From: the human T2T-CHM13v2.0 reference genome, Homo sapiens | Reading direction: 5' to 3' (one strand) | Assembly: GCF_009914755.1 (NCBI RefSeq) | Contig: NC_060925.1 | DNA: 64,000 nt | Shown here: positions 1 to 13,351 of the stretch, one piece after another | Layout of the letters: each line of letters starts with the position of its first letter | Position numbering within the stretch: position 1 is the first letter of the stretch | Made by a program: the position numbers and the translations under genes | The notes under the pieces: model-generated | The model's input: only the letters and a program-made list of their open reading frames with translations | What the model was told of the DNA's origin: nothing | Databases searched by the model: none

Positions 1-143
1 AATAAATACATTTTTTAATTTTTAAATTTTAATTTCTAGTAAGATAAATATTAAACCCCATATAAACAAAAGCTCTCTGGGGTTCTCAATAATTTTAAAA
101 AATATTAAAGGATCTTGAGACCAAAACAATTTGAGAACCACTG
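1..143. mobile_element. End of a hAT-Charlie-type DNA transposon relic
   Basis: Terminal tttgagaaccactg typical of Charlie/MER ends. Confidence 0.5.
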
Positions 144-149
144 CTCTAG

Positions 150-1350
150 ATATTAAAATAACAAATATATTCTAAGGGTATTGTTAACAACTTGATGCCA
201 CTAAATGTGATAATATAGACAAAATAGAAAATTTCTTAAAAAACAATTACCAAAACAGAAAATTTGAATAAGCCTAACTCTATTAAAGAAATGAACCCTT
301 TATTTAAAACTTTCCCATAGGGGCTGGGCACAGTGGCTCACGCCTATAAACCAGCACTCTGGGAAGTCGAGGTGGGAGGATTGCTTGAGCTCAGGAGTTC
401 AAGATCAGCCTAGGCAACATAGCGAGACCTCATCTCTACTAAAAATAAAAAAAAGTTAGCAGGGCGTAGTGGCGTGCACCTGTAGTCCCAGCTACTTGCA
501 AAGGCTGAGGCGGGAAAATCGCCTGAGTCCAGGAAATCAAGGCTACAGTCAGCTGTGATCACGCCACTGTACTCCAGCATGGGCAACGAAGTAAGACTCA
601 AAAATAAAAAACAAAACCTTCCCACAAGGAACACTGTAAACCCAGATGACTTGATTGGTGAACTCTTCCAATCATTTAAGGAGGAAATAACCCAAATCTT
701 ACACAAATTCTTACAGAAATAGACATGTAGAGAACACTCGCAATTCATATAACCTTAATTCACAAAGCTGACCAGCATATTACAAGAAGGGAAAATTATA
801 AGCCAATTTCTTTCATGAATGTGGTAGGAATTCTAAACTAAATAATAGTGAATATGTTTAAAAATCTATATAAAAAGATGGTACATCTTGACCAAGTTGA
901 GCTTGTCCCAAGAATTCAGTGTTGCTTTATCATTCAAAAATTATTCAATGTAATTCACCTTCCTGACAGAAAAAAGGAGAAAAGCAATCATCTCAATATA
1001 TGGGGAAGAATAGCATGTGATAAAGTTCAACATACACTAATGATTAAAAAACAACAACGAGAAACTCTCTTAGCCTATTTTCTATAGGAACAGAAGGGAA
1101 TTGCTTTAATTTGATGAGTGGTATCTGCATAAATCTTACAACAAACATTACACTTAATGAAAAAATGCTGAAAGCATTCTCTTTGATGGTAGGATTACAG
1201 AGAATGAAAACTTACTATCATCACTGCTTTTCAGCATGTCCTAGAGATTCCTAGCCAAAGCATTAAGTCAAGAAAAGAAATAAAAATTGGAAGGATAGGA
1301 AAGAAGAAATAAAATTCTCATTTTACAGATGACATGATTCTGTGTGAACA
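150..1350 (+). mobile_element. Old L1M ORF2 remnant (interrupted by Alu)
   Basis: cccagatgacttgattggtgaactcttccaatcatttaaggaggaaataa and ttacagatgacatgatt are decayed ORF2 RT-region motifs. Confidence 0.75.
322..613 (+). mobile_element. AluJ
   Basis: Dimeric Alu with J-type ggattgcttgag; TSD aaaactttcccata / aaaaccttcccaca. Confidence 0.9.
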
Positions 1351-1368
1351 GTAATACATTTACAAACA

Positions 1369-2154
1369 CAATAGTCCCGTTATCCATGGAAGATACATTT
1401 CTTTTTTTTTTTTCTTTTTTTTTGAGACCTAGTTTCACTCTTGTCACCCAGGCTGGAGTGCAGTGGTGCATTCTCAGCTTACTGCAACCTTGGCCTCCAA
1501 GTTAAAGTGATTCTCTTGTCTCAGCCTCCTGAGTAGCTGGGATTACAGGTGCCCACCAGCACATCTGGCTAATTTTTGTATTTTTAGTAGAGACAGGGTT
1601 CCAGCATGTTGGTCAGGTTGGTCTCCTACTCCTGACCTCAGGTGATCCTCCCACCATGGCCTCCCAAAGTGCTGGGATTATAGGCGTGACCCACCACACA
1701 ATACCTTTCAAGACTTCCAGTGGATGACTGAACCTACAGATAGTACAGAACCCTATATAAATACTATTTTTTCCTATAAATACATATCTACACTGAAGTT
1801 TAATTTATAATTAGGCACAGTAAGAGATTAACAATAATACTAATAATTAATAATAAAATAGAACAGTTATAACAAAATGCCAGCATCACTACTCTTGCAC
1901 TTTGGGGCCATTATTAAGTAGAATAAGGATTACTTGAACATAAACACCGTGATATCACAACAGTGCATGATTTGCATCTCAGGAGGGACAGAATGGAACA
2001 GCATGAAATTTCACCACGCTATTCAGAACAGTGCACAATTGAAAATGTATGAATTGTTTATTGATGGAAGTTTTCATTTAATATTTTCAGACCACAGTTC
2101 ACCATGGGTACTGAAACCACAGAAAGCAAAACCACAGATAAGGGGGAACTACTG
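1369..2154 (+). mobile_element. MER44 (Tigger7-family) DNA transposon, interrupted by Alu
   Basis: TIRs caatagtcccgttatcc ... gataagggggaactactg followed by TA. Confidence 0.8.
1402..1699 (-). mobile_element. AluS
   Basis: polyT followed by reverse-complement Alu. Confidence 0.9.
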
Positions 2155-2330
2155 TAATGACTTGGATTCTGTAATGTTTGCTGATGGTTGATAGCATTTC
2201 TGTCATTTTGACTTTGCTTAAGTTCATTCCTAGAATGTAGAAATCTCTTCAATATGTGGAAACACTTTGTCATTCCTCAAGTATATGCAGCAAAGATCTT
2301 GCTTTTGCTATTACTTTTTTTTCTCTGCAG

Positions 2331-2421
2331 GTCCTATCTGACTCCTGTACGGGATGAGGAAGCAGAGTCTTTACGGAAAGCACGCTCCAGACAAGCTCGG
2401 CAGACACGAAGGTCTACTCAA
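2331..2421 (+). CDS. PPP1R12B: MYPT2 internal coding exon (g-SYLTPVRDEEAESLRKARSRQARQTRRSTQ), containing the ROCK inhibitory Thr equivalent to MYPT1 Thr696
   Basis: Polypyrimidine tract + ctgcag acceptor ending 2330; CAA|gtgagt donor at 2422; 91 nt; peptide matches the MYPT-family inhibitory phosphosite region. Confidence 0.96.
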
Positions 2422-2546
2422 GTGAGTGTGGCTTTTTTTAAAATGTCATTTTGAGTATCTACCCTTCTGTTGGAGGTACAATCAAAACACACTGCAATAT
2501 CCATGTTCAACTGCTGATTTAAACACACACACACACACACGCCCAC

Positions 2547-2857
2547 GGCTTGGCGTGGTGGCTCACACCTGTAATCCCAGCAATTTGGGAGGCCAAGGAG
2601 TTGAGACCAGGAGCATTCCTGACTTGAGGTCAGGAGTTCAAGACCAGCCTGGCCAACGTGGTGAAACCTGTCTCTACTAAAAATATGAAAATTAGCCAGG
2701 CATGGTGGTGCATGCCTGTAATTTCAGTTACTCGGGAGGATGAGGTGGGAGAATTGCTTGAACCTGGGAGGCAGAAGTTCCAGTGAGCCAAGATTGCGCC
2801 ACTGCCCTCCTGGGCGACAGAGCGAGACTCCATCTCAAAAAAACAAGACAAAGCAAA
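2547..2857 (+). mobile_element. AluS, preceded by (CA)n at 2523-2540
   Basis: Full dimeric Alu; aaacacacac on both sides. Confidence 0.9.
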
Positions 2858-3109
2858 ACACACACATGAAAATGACTGCCCTATTCCAGCCAGTCTTAAA
2901 AGCTTTCATTGTGTTGAATCTTATACTACATAGAACCAAATGAATTTACAGCTACATCTACCCATTCTCACCAATATTCCTCCAGGCTTAGAACAGGTTT
3001 ATCTCTTTTCCTTCACAAGATTAATTATTCCACTTGTGCTTAAAGACCTTAAGAATCCCTATACATCCCTATATCCCTACTACATTTTAAGAATCCCTAA
3101 GGGAAAAGA

Positions 3110-3665
3110 GTTTGGCAATTCCTCAAAATTTTAAACATAGTTACCATTTGACTCAGCAGTTCTACTCAAGAGAAATGAAAACATATGTTCATATAAAAAC
3201 TTGTATATAGGTGTTTGTAATAGTATTATTCATAATAGCCAAAAAGTAAAAATAAGCCAAATGTCTATTAACTAATGAATGGGTAAACCAAATGTGATAA
3301 ATCCATGCTATTTGGCAATAAAAAGAAATGAAGTACTGATACATGTTACAACATGGATGAACCTTAAGAAAACATTATGCTAAGTGAAAGAAGCCAGACA
3401 CAAAACACTCCATATATTATATGATTCCATTTATATGAAATGTCCCAAATAGGCAAATCCAAAGAGTCAGAAATTAGATTAGTGCCAGGGCTGGGGGGAA
3501 GGCAGAATGGTGAGTATGTGGTTTCTTTTTGGGGTGATGAAAATTATGAAATTAGATGTGGTGATAATTTTATAACTCTGTGAATAAACTAAAAACCAAG
3601 GAATTGTATACTTTCAAATGGTGAGGTTTATGATATGAGGATTGTATTTTAATAAAGATGTTACA
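3110..3665 (+). mobile_element. L1MB-type 3' end
   Basis: acaacatggatgaacctt...aagccagacacaaaa...gattccatttatatgaaatgtcc motif, ends at aataaa. Confidence 0.8.
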
Positions 3666-4259
3666 AAAGGAATCCCTGAGGGAGTCATTGAAGCAGTTTA
3701 AGGGAATATGGTATAGTCTACATTATATGTTAGAAAAATCACCCTGCAGATAATTGATGGGAATGGTAGGTAGAGGTATGTTTGCCAAGCCTGGAAGCAA
3801 GAAGACTTGCTAGGAAGCTGTATTGTAGTCCAAGTTGTATTGTAGTCCCAGGAAATTACAAGGGTATGAAATCAAGTTGTAATGGCAATGAGAATGGAGA
3901 GAAGGCTATGAATTTGTTATTGAAAGAAGCAAAGAAAGATGAGCCCATGAAACAGAACGAAAAGAAGCAGCAGGAGCGGTGAAAAGAAAATCAGAAAATA
4001 GTAGCAGCATGGAAGTGAATGAAAAGTCCATTTCCAGTGAAAAGGAGAAGTTCCACAGTTTTAAATACTACAGAGGTCAAGTAGCAAATTTCACCACTGG
4101 AAAAGAGACATTATATATGGCAGCAAAAACACCCTTGTTGTCTTCTTTGACTCTCCCAAAGTAGGTCATGTATTCTTCCTTTATTTTTACTTGATGATTA
4201 TTTGTCTGTTTCCTCCATTAGAATGTAACCCCCAAGAGGACCAAGACTGTTTTTTTGTT

Positions 4260-5334
<1,075 letters not shown>

Positions 5335-6911
5335 TAAATCAATATATATTTATTGAATAAAAAAATGAGTGGGAAATAAATGATAGGGAAAGATAAATTG
5401 CTCTGGAATGATTTCAAGTTTGTTTATGAAGGAATGGGAAAAGATAGGGAAGTTGCTGGAGAGGGGCATAGAATTGAAGGTGGGAGAGACAGGAACATAG
5501 AAACGTCTTAGAGGGAAAGATTCAGTAGAGAGGGAGTGAAGGTCCATGTCAAAACTTGAATAGATCTTTGAACTCGTTGAAATGTGTACATAATTTTTGA
5601 GGAGATTTTATTAGATTCTCAGTAGTCTTCATGAGATTCTCAAAGGGACCACCGACTCCCAAAGAAAGTAAAATCTAAGCTTCTTAGCATAGCTTACAAA
5701 ATCTGTTATGACCTAGCCTCTGCCTGCTTTCCTAAAATCACCTATCCTCATTCTCTCTCTGTCCTCCAACTTCCCTTTTTTTGTTGTGTGCTTCATCTTT
5801 GCTAAGTTACCTACAGATTCCTAAATCATCCGTGGCCTCTCTTGTTTCTGTATCTTTGTACAAGATCCCTCTATCTATAATGCCTTTTCTCCCTCCCCCT
5901 ACCCAAGTTCTTTTTACTCTTTAAAACCCAGTGTTCGGTATTCATCCTATATACTCTTGTGTTTCTGTTTTAATACTTACATTCTCTCATTATACTCGTC
6001 TGTCTTCTTACATCTTTTCTGCTAGACTAAAAGGTTCTTGACAGTAACCATTGGATTTGTCTTTGTAGTTCTAGTGCCTAAAGACACCTAATTCTTTATT
6101 AACAGAATGAGTAAGTAAATGAATTAATAGTAAAAAAGCTGGGGGTGGGGAGGGGAAGCAAGTTGTGGATACAGTGCCTGATCAACTAACTACCTTCCAG
6201 CTTTGGAACTTCCTTCTTCTGAGGACTCATGCACATAACTACTTGAGTTGGAATCAGCTCATGCTCTTTCTAAACTCCTTTTCTCCCTTCTCCTGTAGTT
6301 TTGTCATCATTTGCCTGTCTTCTCTCTTGCTGCCCCTGTGACACTGTGGGGGGAACATTAATTGTTGGAATATCCCTATATGATTCCTAGAGTTACTTGG
6401 GAATTGATATTAGAGAAAAGCTAGTCTAGGAGTTTTAAGAGGTTATGTTGTTGTTATTGTAGCCTAGCTCTGAATTTTCATCTTGTTGAGCCAGGTTTTT
6501 CTTTTTTTAAGTGAATTTTTTTCCCCAGTATCTGCTGTTTAGGAAATCTCTGTTGGTAACCATTTGATCTTGGGAGGGTAGGGACCTTTCAAATAAAGAT
6601 ACTGAGAACTATTTGGTATGGAAAAAGTACATCTATAACAGGCAGACATCAATGTTGACCTATTTTCTGGAGATCAAACTAGAAAAACTAAAATATTACA
6701 TTTAAAATGTACCTAGACTCAGGCCCGGGTTCTTTGTACACTGAGATGCTTATTTTAAGCATATATTGCTTGAAGTGGCCTCATTATGCATTTTGAGGGG
6801 CTTCATTTTGGGATTTGATAACTATTAGGTCTTTTTGGGAATATTCCTGATCAATCAAGAGTTATTCCATGGTTAGTGTGAAACAGCCCTGATCTTGTGA
6901 TATTTTCCCAG

Positions 6912-7115
6912 GGTGTCACCCTAACAGACCTTCAAGAAGCAGAAAGGACATTCAGCCGGTCGAGGGCAGAGAGGCAAGCTCAGGAGCAGCCTCGTGAGAA
7001 GCCCACAGACACTGAAGGGCTTGAGGGGAGCCCTGAGAAGCATGAGCCCTCAGCAGTTCCAGCAACAGAAGCTGGGGAGGGCCAGCAGCCCTGGGGCAGG
7101 AGTCTGGATGAAGAG
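6912..7115 (+). CDS. PPP1R12B: MYPT2 internal coding exon (GVTLTDLQEAERTFSR...GRSLDEE)
   Basis: ttttcccag acceptor ending 6911; GAG|gtgagc donor at 7116; 204 nt, phase 0-0; completes RRSTQ|GVTLTDL motif with previous exon. Confidence 0.96.
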
Positions 7116-7399
7116 GTGAGCTCATTTTTGCTGGCATGTACTGTGCTAAAAGCAGGGTAATTAGTTTGGGGAGTATCTTCTTCACTGGTAGTTCAAAGGC
7201 TGTGTTCTACCTTGCAATGGACAACTCACTCAGTATGGCTGTCTTTAGTTTGCAAACCTGTGTGACAAAAATTTAGAGGATGTTGGTCCTTAAATGACCA
7301 TTTTTTTCTTCTGAGAGTTCACTGATGCTTTTGAATAAATGTCCTTCTAGTCTAAAAGGAGAGGTCATAGTATAACAAAATGCAAATAAAAATATAAGC

Positions 7400-7650
7400 A
7401 TATATTGAGTGTTTACTTTACTCAATACATGCTTACTTTATGCCAGGCACTATTTTAAGTACTTCTTGTGTATTAATGCATTTAATCCTCATAACAACTC
7501 TCTGAGGTAAATATTACTATTTCTATTTTATATATGAGGAAATTGAATCACAGAGGTTAAGGAATTTGCCCATTTCACATAGCCAAGAAGTGGTTAAGCC
7601 AGAGTTTGAACATAGGCAGTCTGACTCCACAGCTTGCTCTCTTAACTACT
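7400..7650 (-). mobile_element. MIR
   Basis: tttaatcctcataacaactc...tgaggaaattgaatcacagaggttaag core. Confidence 0.75.
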
Positions 7651-8009
7651 AGTGTATTGTTTTTCAAACTCTTATAAACCTAAGGGGCTTACAAAGCACT
7701 CTTGAGTGTCACTGTTGGGAGGGACGTTTTGATTTATGTTTCATTTCTCTAGTGGAGTTGGTAGTAAAAGGTATAAGTTTATATTTAGGGTGAACATAAC
7801 TCCTGGTTTACCTAAGATGGTTCCAATTACAACTGTTGTCTTTGTGTAATTATCATTACCCCTCCTTTGCACTCTCAAAAGTGTCCCAGTTTGGACTGAT
7901 AAATGTTATGGTCACTGTGGTTATAGAAGAAAGGTATCTCCTTCTTGCTTTGACTCTGAATGGCTAGATTCTATAAACTGAAGTTCTATTTTGTATTTTG
8001 TTTTATAAG

Positions 8010-8230
8010 CTACTATTTATTGAGTACCTATTACCAGGTATTCTTCTAAGCACCTAACACACATTTTCTTAATTTAATCCTCATAATCCTCTCTGAAGAA
8101 GGTGTTATCTCTGTTTTATAGATGAGGAATTTATGGCCCAGAGAAGCTAAGTAACTTATTCAAGGTCACAGCTAGTAATGCTGAAGCTAGAATTTGAACA
8201 AAGATCTTTCTGACTCCAAATTTACTACAT
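8010..8230 (-). mobile_element. MIR
   Basis: tttaatcctcataatcc...gatgaggaa...aaggtcacagctagt core. Confidence 0.75.
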
Positions 8231-8410
8231 TTTATTGTATATGTCTTTATAAATCACAAAAATGTGTACAATCTCTATGTCATAAATTTAATGTGTAGTA
8301 AGGATTTATCTATCTCTGAGTCTTCCATAAACCAAGTTAAGGCTTATTGTTAGGCTCTATCTGTCCTAATTCTCAGGTTTAAAAAAAAAAAAAAAAAGAC
8401 CACAATAGAC

Positions 8411-8502
8411 CAGAATTGCTTGAACCCAGGAGGCAGAGGTTGCAGTGAGCCAAGATCGCAGCACTGCACTCCAGCCTGGGCAACAGAGCAAGACTCCGTC
8501 TC

Positions 8503-8533
<31 letters not shown>

Positions 8534-8550
8534 CAACAACAACAAAACAA
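8411..8550 (+). mobile_element. Alu right-arm fragment with A-rich tail
   Basis: gaattgcttgaacccaggaggcagaggttgcagtgagcc... Confidence 0.85.
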
Positions 8551-9089
8551 AACTACAAAAAGGAAAATGGGAACTTTAGAAAGTTTCAGTAAGCCTGGTT
8601 ATGGCAAGGTGGTAGAGTATTCAGAACTCGGTAGGATACTCACATTTATTCTCTGTTCTCAGGTAATCCCTACATTCTGCTTCTTCATGCTCCTGATCTT
8701 TTTGTTTCCCTACATAAACCTTGCCTTTCAGCCCTCCATCTTAAAAAGGCCATCATTCTTATTTTCATTCCAAGATCAAAGGAATTTTTTTTACATGGTT
8801 AATGCTATCTAGTACCCTTTGGTTAATTGATGAATAATTTGCTTGAACTGCTCTCAACATGATGGGATTCTCAGAGTAGGAGTCTAGCAGCTGTGTTTTT
8901 TTTTTTTTTGTCTAATTAACTAACTTTAGCTTAGTTCATTTATTGAGTACCTATTACCAGGTACTCAATATTGATCATCATCTACTCATAAGCCCCTTAA
9001 TATAGAAAAAAACATTTTGTATAAACCTGCTGTCCTTACTCTTTAGATGGACTTGATTTCTAATATCTCATATTGTGGATTATTTCCAG

Positions 9090-9279
9090 CCTATCTGTCA
9101 TCGCCTGAGGTGCCCAGCTCAGCCAGACAAACCCACCACGCCAGCATCTCCTTCTACGTCAAGACCCTCACTCTACACCAGTTCCCACCTGCTATGGACA
9201 AATAGATTTTCAGTCCCTGATTCTGAGAGTTCAGAGACTACCACAAACACTACAACTGCAAAGGAAATGGACAAAAATG
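9090..9279 (+). CDS. PPP1R12B: MYPT2 internal coding exon (PICHRLRCP...TAKEMDKN-g); contains the HS-M21 initiator ATG at 9267
   Basis: tatttccag acceptor ending 9089; G|gtatgt donor at 9280; 190 nt, in frame with flanking exons. Confidence 0.94.
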
Positions 9280-9366
9280 GTATGTAGAACTTCAAAAGAC
9301 ACAGGCCCCTCCACAGTGCACATCCCCAGATTCTTAAAGTTCATACTTTATTTTATCTCTGGCCAG

Positions 9367-9479
9367 AGAATGAAGAAGCAGATTTGGATGAGCAGTCCTC
9401 TAAGAGGCTGTCCATCCGAGAGAGGAGGCGGCCCAAGGAACGACGAAGAGGCACAGGCATCAATTTCTGGACAAAGGAT
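9367..9479 (+). CDS. PPP1R12B: MYPT2 internal coding exon (ENEEADLDEQSSKRLSIRERRRPKERRRGTGINFWTKD); contains the MYPT1 Thr853-equivalent site
   Basis: ggccag acceptor ending 9366; GAT|gtaagt donor at 9480; 113 nt, phase 1-0 restores the frame after the previous exon. Confidence 0.95.
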
Positions 9480-10577
9480 GTAAGTGGATTGGTCTGTGCT
9501 GAGGCATATCATATTACTCTTGGTCACCATTCTTTCAGTTGAGTTTAAAAGAAAGAGTCCCGCATGGTGCCATGAATCTTGCAGTTTCTCAGGAAGTATT
9601 ACTGAGGAAAAGAGAAGAAAGACCTAACTAGTGTGGGACTCATTTGGTATGTTCCTGCTAGATTCCCAGTATCTAGTACAGTGCTAAGCACATGGTAGGC
9701 ACTCAGTAAATAATTGGCAAAGAATTAAAAAACTGGAAATATACAACAGCCATATAAACAAATATAACAAGTGAATAAGCTTGTCGAGTTTTAGTAGTCC
9801 TTCCTAATATTCCCTGAATGTCATGTAGTGAGTCAACAATATCTTAATGCCACATATGAGCAGAGATTCTAACTAAATATTGTAGGAGTACTACAGGAAG
9901 TTCAAGGAACTTAAAACCTCTAAGTAATACAAGTTCACTTAGTTTTACTGTTTTAGAGAAAAAGTGGAACAAATAACATAAAATAGATGAACTTTGGCTT
10001 TAAAATAAAGACAGATATGCCAATGTTTACTAACTACAAATACACAATCAGTAGTTCCATTCATCCTCTTCCATATCTTGTTCTGTAGCCTTCTCATTCA
10101 ACCTTGTTATTGGCATTTTAAAGAACAAGTGGCCAATAACTTGGACAAGACGACCCTGCCTACCAATGACTCCTTTGAAAATTGGACACACTTTATTCAG
10201 TGAGACAAGAAATGAGACAGTAGTAGTCATTCATTATAAATTATTTTTTAGATAAAAATATTTCATTGTTTTAGGGCTAAATTGACTGATAAGTATTGAC
10301 AAAGATGAAATTAAGTCTGTCTGTCTTGTCTGTCTGTCTTAAAGATATCCCTTTTCCAACTGTGGTTGATTTGACTTTTTAGACTACAGGTGACATTTCT
10401 AAGTTGCCTGCCTGTGATGGCTGTGAAAAGTAGCAGTAACAGAGCATCACTTGGAAGTCAATTCTCATTGCCCATGTTTGAAATGCCAAGATGCATAATT
10501 GATGGGATCTGACCTTGTTGCTTTCAAGGATGTCTGTGACAATGAGCCTCTTGATTTTCTTCCCTTTTCTTTTTTAG

Positions 10578-10619
10578 GAGGATGAAACTGATGGCTCTGA
10601 AGAGGTCAAAGAAACGTGG
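10578..10619 (+). CDS. PPP1R12B: MYPT2 42-nt coding exon (EDETDGSEEVKETW)
   Basis: Long pyrimidine tract + tag ending 10577; TGG|gtaagt donor at 10620; phase 0-0. Confidence 0.93.
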
Positions 10620-13059
10620 GTAAGTGACAAGCCAGTGAAGCATGTCTCTTGAGAGCACAGTCTTGCTCTTGTATGTAATTTTAGTAGAAGAAAGGGCAAG
10701 ACTTAATGCAGATTTTAGTTGAGAAGGAGTTTGGAGATAGACATTCCTCTAAGAGATGGGGCAGGTGTTAGTTTGTGGTACTATTTTCTCATGTGGTGTA
10801 ACAGTGCCTGTGCTCTTGAAGCAGTTTCCTACATTTTTCTGTGCCTACTGCCAGTCTTTCACACTGTTATAGGATCCATCATTTTCTCTCTTGTATGTTA
10901 TTGGATTATATGAAGTACTTTGAAATCTTTGAATGAAAAGTGAAGAGTGATACCAGTTCCTTTTTGGATCCGCACTAATAGAGAGGGACATAAATGTGGA
11001 GAATGTAAAACATCAGACAGTCCCCAAGTCATTTATATTTGACTTTGAGATAAGATTAAACATCTGGCATCTTACATAACTCTGCCCTTTTAAGGCCTGA
11101 CATCCAACTCTTCCCTGCAGTGAAAGGCCTAAGTTCAGCTTTTCTGAAGATACTCCAGGCTCCTGTAAGCCACTCAGACATGATTGGTGGTGGTTTTCTT
11201 TTTAGTACTGTTTTCCAAGAAGGAAGGAATTTGGTTCTGACTAAATTAATTGAAATACATGTGCTTTTCTATTGAAATTATGTAAAAAGATGACCTTTTG
11301 TATCCTACAACTTATTGGAAGTATGTTTTCAGAGTATATTTAATAACCTGTACTGAAAATTAACATCTAACTCATCTTTAGCAGAGAAGATATAAATAAT
11401 ATATTGTCATTGATCTGCCTATATTTTTGTCTAGATCCAAAACAGACAATAGTAGCCTTCTAGAAAGTAGTGCCTTTAATGACTAACGGTGACATAGGTG
11501 AGAATTGCCTGCCCTTGGTTGAAGCTGGGGCTACTTCATAAAGGCAAGCTATGTGGTGTGGAAATAGTATATAGAGGTTCCTTGGGGCACGAGTGTGTGC
11601 CTGTGTGTATGTGTATGAATTATAGCAACTCTTAGTTTCTTCAAGGGGCTTGGAAAGGCTTTTGGAGATAGGAAGAGTGAATATAGGAAAGTTCCTTTGG
11701 GGAATTATAACTCAAAGCATATATAACTCAGGAAATATAACTCAGAGGATCTGAGTTATAGATTATAGAGTACTGAAATGGAACATTATCCATACAGAAT
11801 TACATAGGCCATTTAAATCCAGGGAATTGCAAAAGGGAAGGCTTTGTTGTCATAAGAATGTCTTTTGCCAGTGAAAATTCTATTCTCTACTTTTCTAAAC
11901 TTCTTGGCACTGGAAAATCCTAGCCTAGAGGGTACCAAGTAAGGAAAATTAAGATGATCTTGATGCAGTACTTCCTAGGGAATTTTACTTTAGGACTGTT
12001 GACTTGAAAGTATGAAGAAAAGCAGAGACTGTTGCAGTTTGATGTGAAAGGCATTTGTCAGACTAAAAAATACTCCACACATCCAATTGCATAAGACATC
12101 TACTAGTGTTTACCATGTGTCAGGAAAACAACAATGTGAATCAAAAAGAATAAACAGCCCATTATCTGTGGACTGGTACATTTGAATTTATGCAGATAAG
12201 CTAAGGTTGCTATAAGAAATATATTCCAAGTGCCAATCTCCAGCCTCGCTAATAGTGCAGGAAGAAAGGCCGATAATGAATCAGCATAGGGTGAGGCATC
12301 CTTTTTGTAAAAGTCTTATATTTGCTTGTTTCATTTCTTTCAGTTAAATTCTTAACTGTTTTTCTCCCTTGAGCACTCTCTCCTAATGCTAGCAGGCATG
12401 ATGCCATTATCTATATGGGCCTACAGAGCCACATGCCTGGTCATGGCCTAGTGTAAATTCCTACATTTCTATTTCAAGACAATCAGTAGTATCTTATGAC
12501 CACCTCTCTACCCCAGCTCCATTTTCATCCTTCAGGCAGTACAGTTGACTCAGCTCTGCAACAACAAATGAGCCAGTTAAAGCGGAGGGCATTCCATTGA
12601 AATGGTGCTGTTAGCTAATCAGCATGGATACAGTTGAGAAGCCCAGGGCAGCTCTTTCCTTTCTTGGTTTTTAGTTCAATAAAACTATATCTGCTATTGA
12701 GGTCATGCTGGCTTCCTTCTCTTACCTAGTCCACTCCTTGAGAATTATAATATCTATTATTTTTAAAGTTATCTCTTCCCAAGACTCTAATATCTTGGCT
12801 TTTTTTTAACTGAAATATAATTTACAATTAATGCACAGATTTTAAATATACTGTTTGCTGGGTTTTGACACTTGTATGTACCAGTATAACCACTACCCAA
12901 ATCAAGATATAGAACTTTTCCATCACCTTAAAACGTTTCATCATTAACGCTCAAGAATAAGTGATACTAATCTATGGTGATAGAAATCAGAAGAGTGGTT
13001 GCCTCTCAGGACAGAGAATTGAATGGAAAAGATAGAAATCAACCAGCAGTAATATTTAA

Positions 13060-13351
13060 TTTTTTTTTTGAGACAGGGTCTTGCTCTTTCGCCCAGGTTG
13101 GAGTGCAGTGATGTAGTCATGGCTCACTGCGGCCTCAACCTCCCAGGCTCAAGTGATCCTACTACCTCAGTGTCCCAAGTAGCTGGGAGTACAGGCACAA
13201 GCCACCACACCCAGCTAATTTTTGGAGTTTTTCTAGAGATGGGGTTTCACCACGTTGCCCAGGCTGGTCTCGAACTCCTGGGCTCAAACAGTCCTCCTGC
13301 CTTGGCCTCCCAAAATGTTGAGATTATAGGCATGAGCCACAATGCCCAGCC
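13060..13351 (-). mobile_element. AluJ
   Basis: Reverse Alu; flanking repeat taatatttaattt. Confidence 0.9.

Noticed and set aside
10575-10580. NAGNAG tandem acceptor (TAG GAG)
   Set aside because: GAG is a very poor acceptor; alternative use is unlikely
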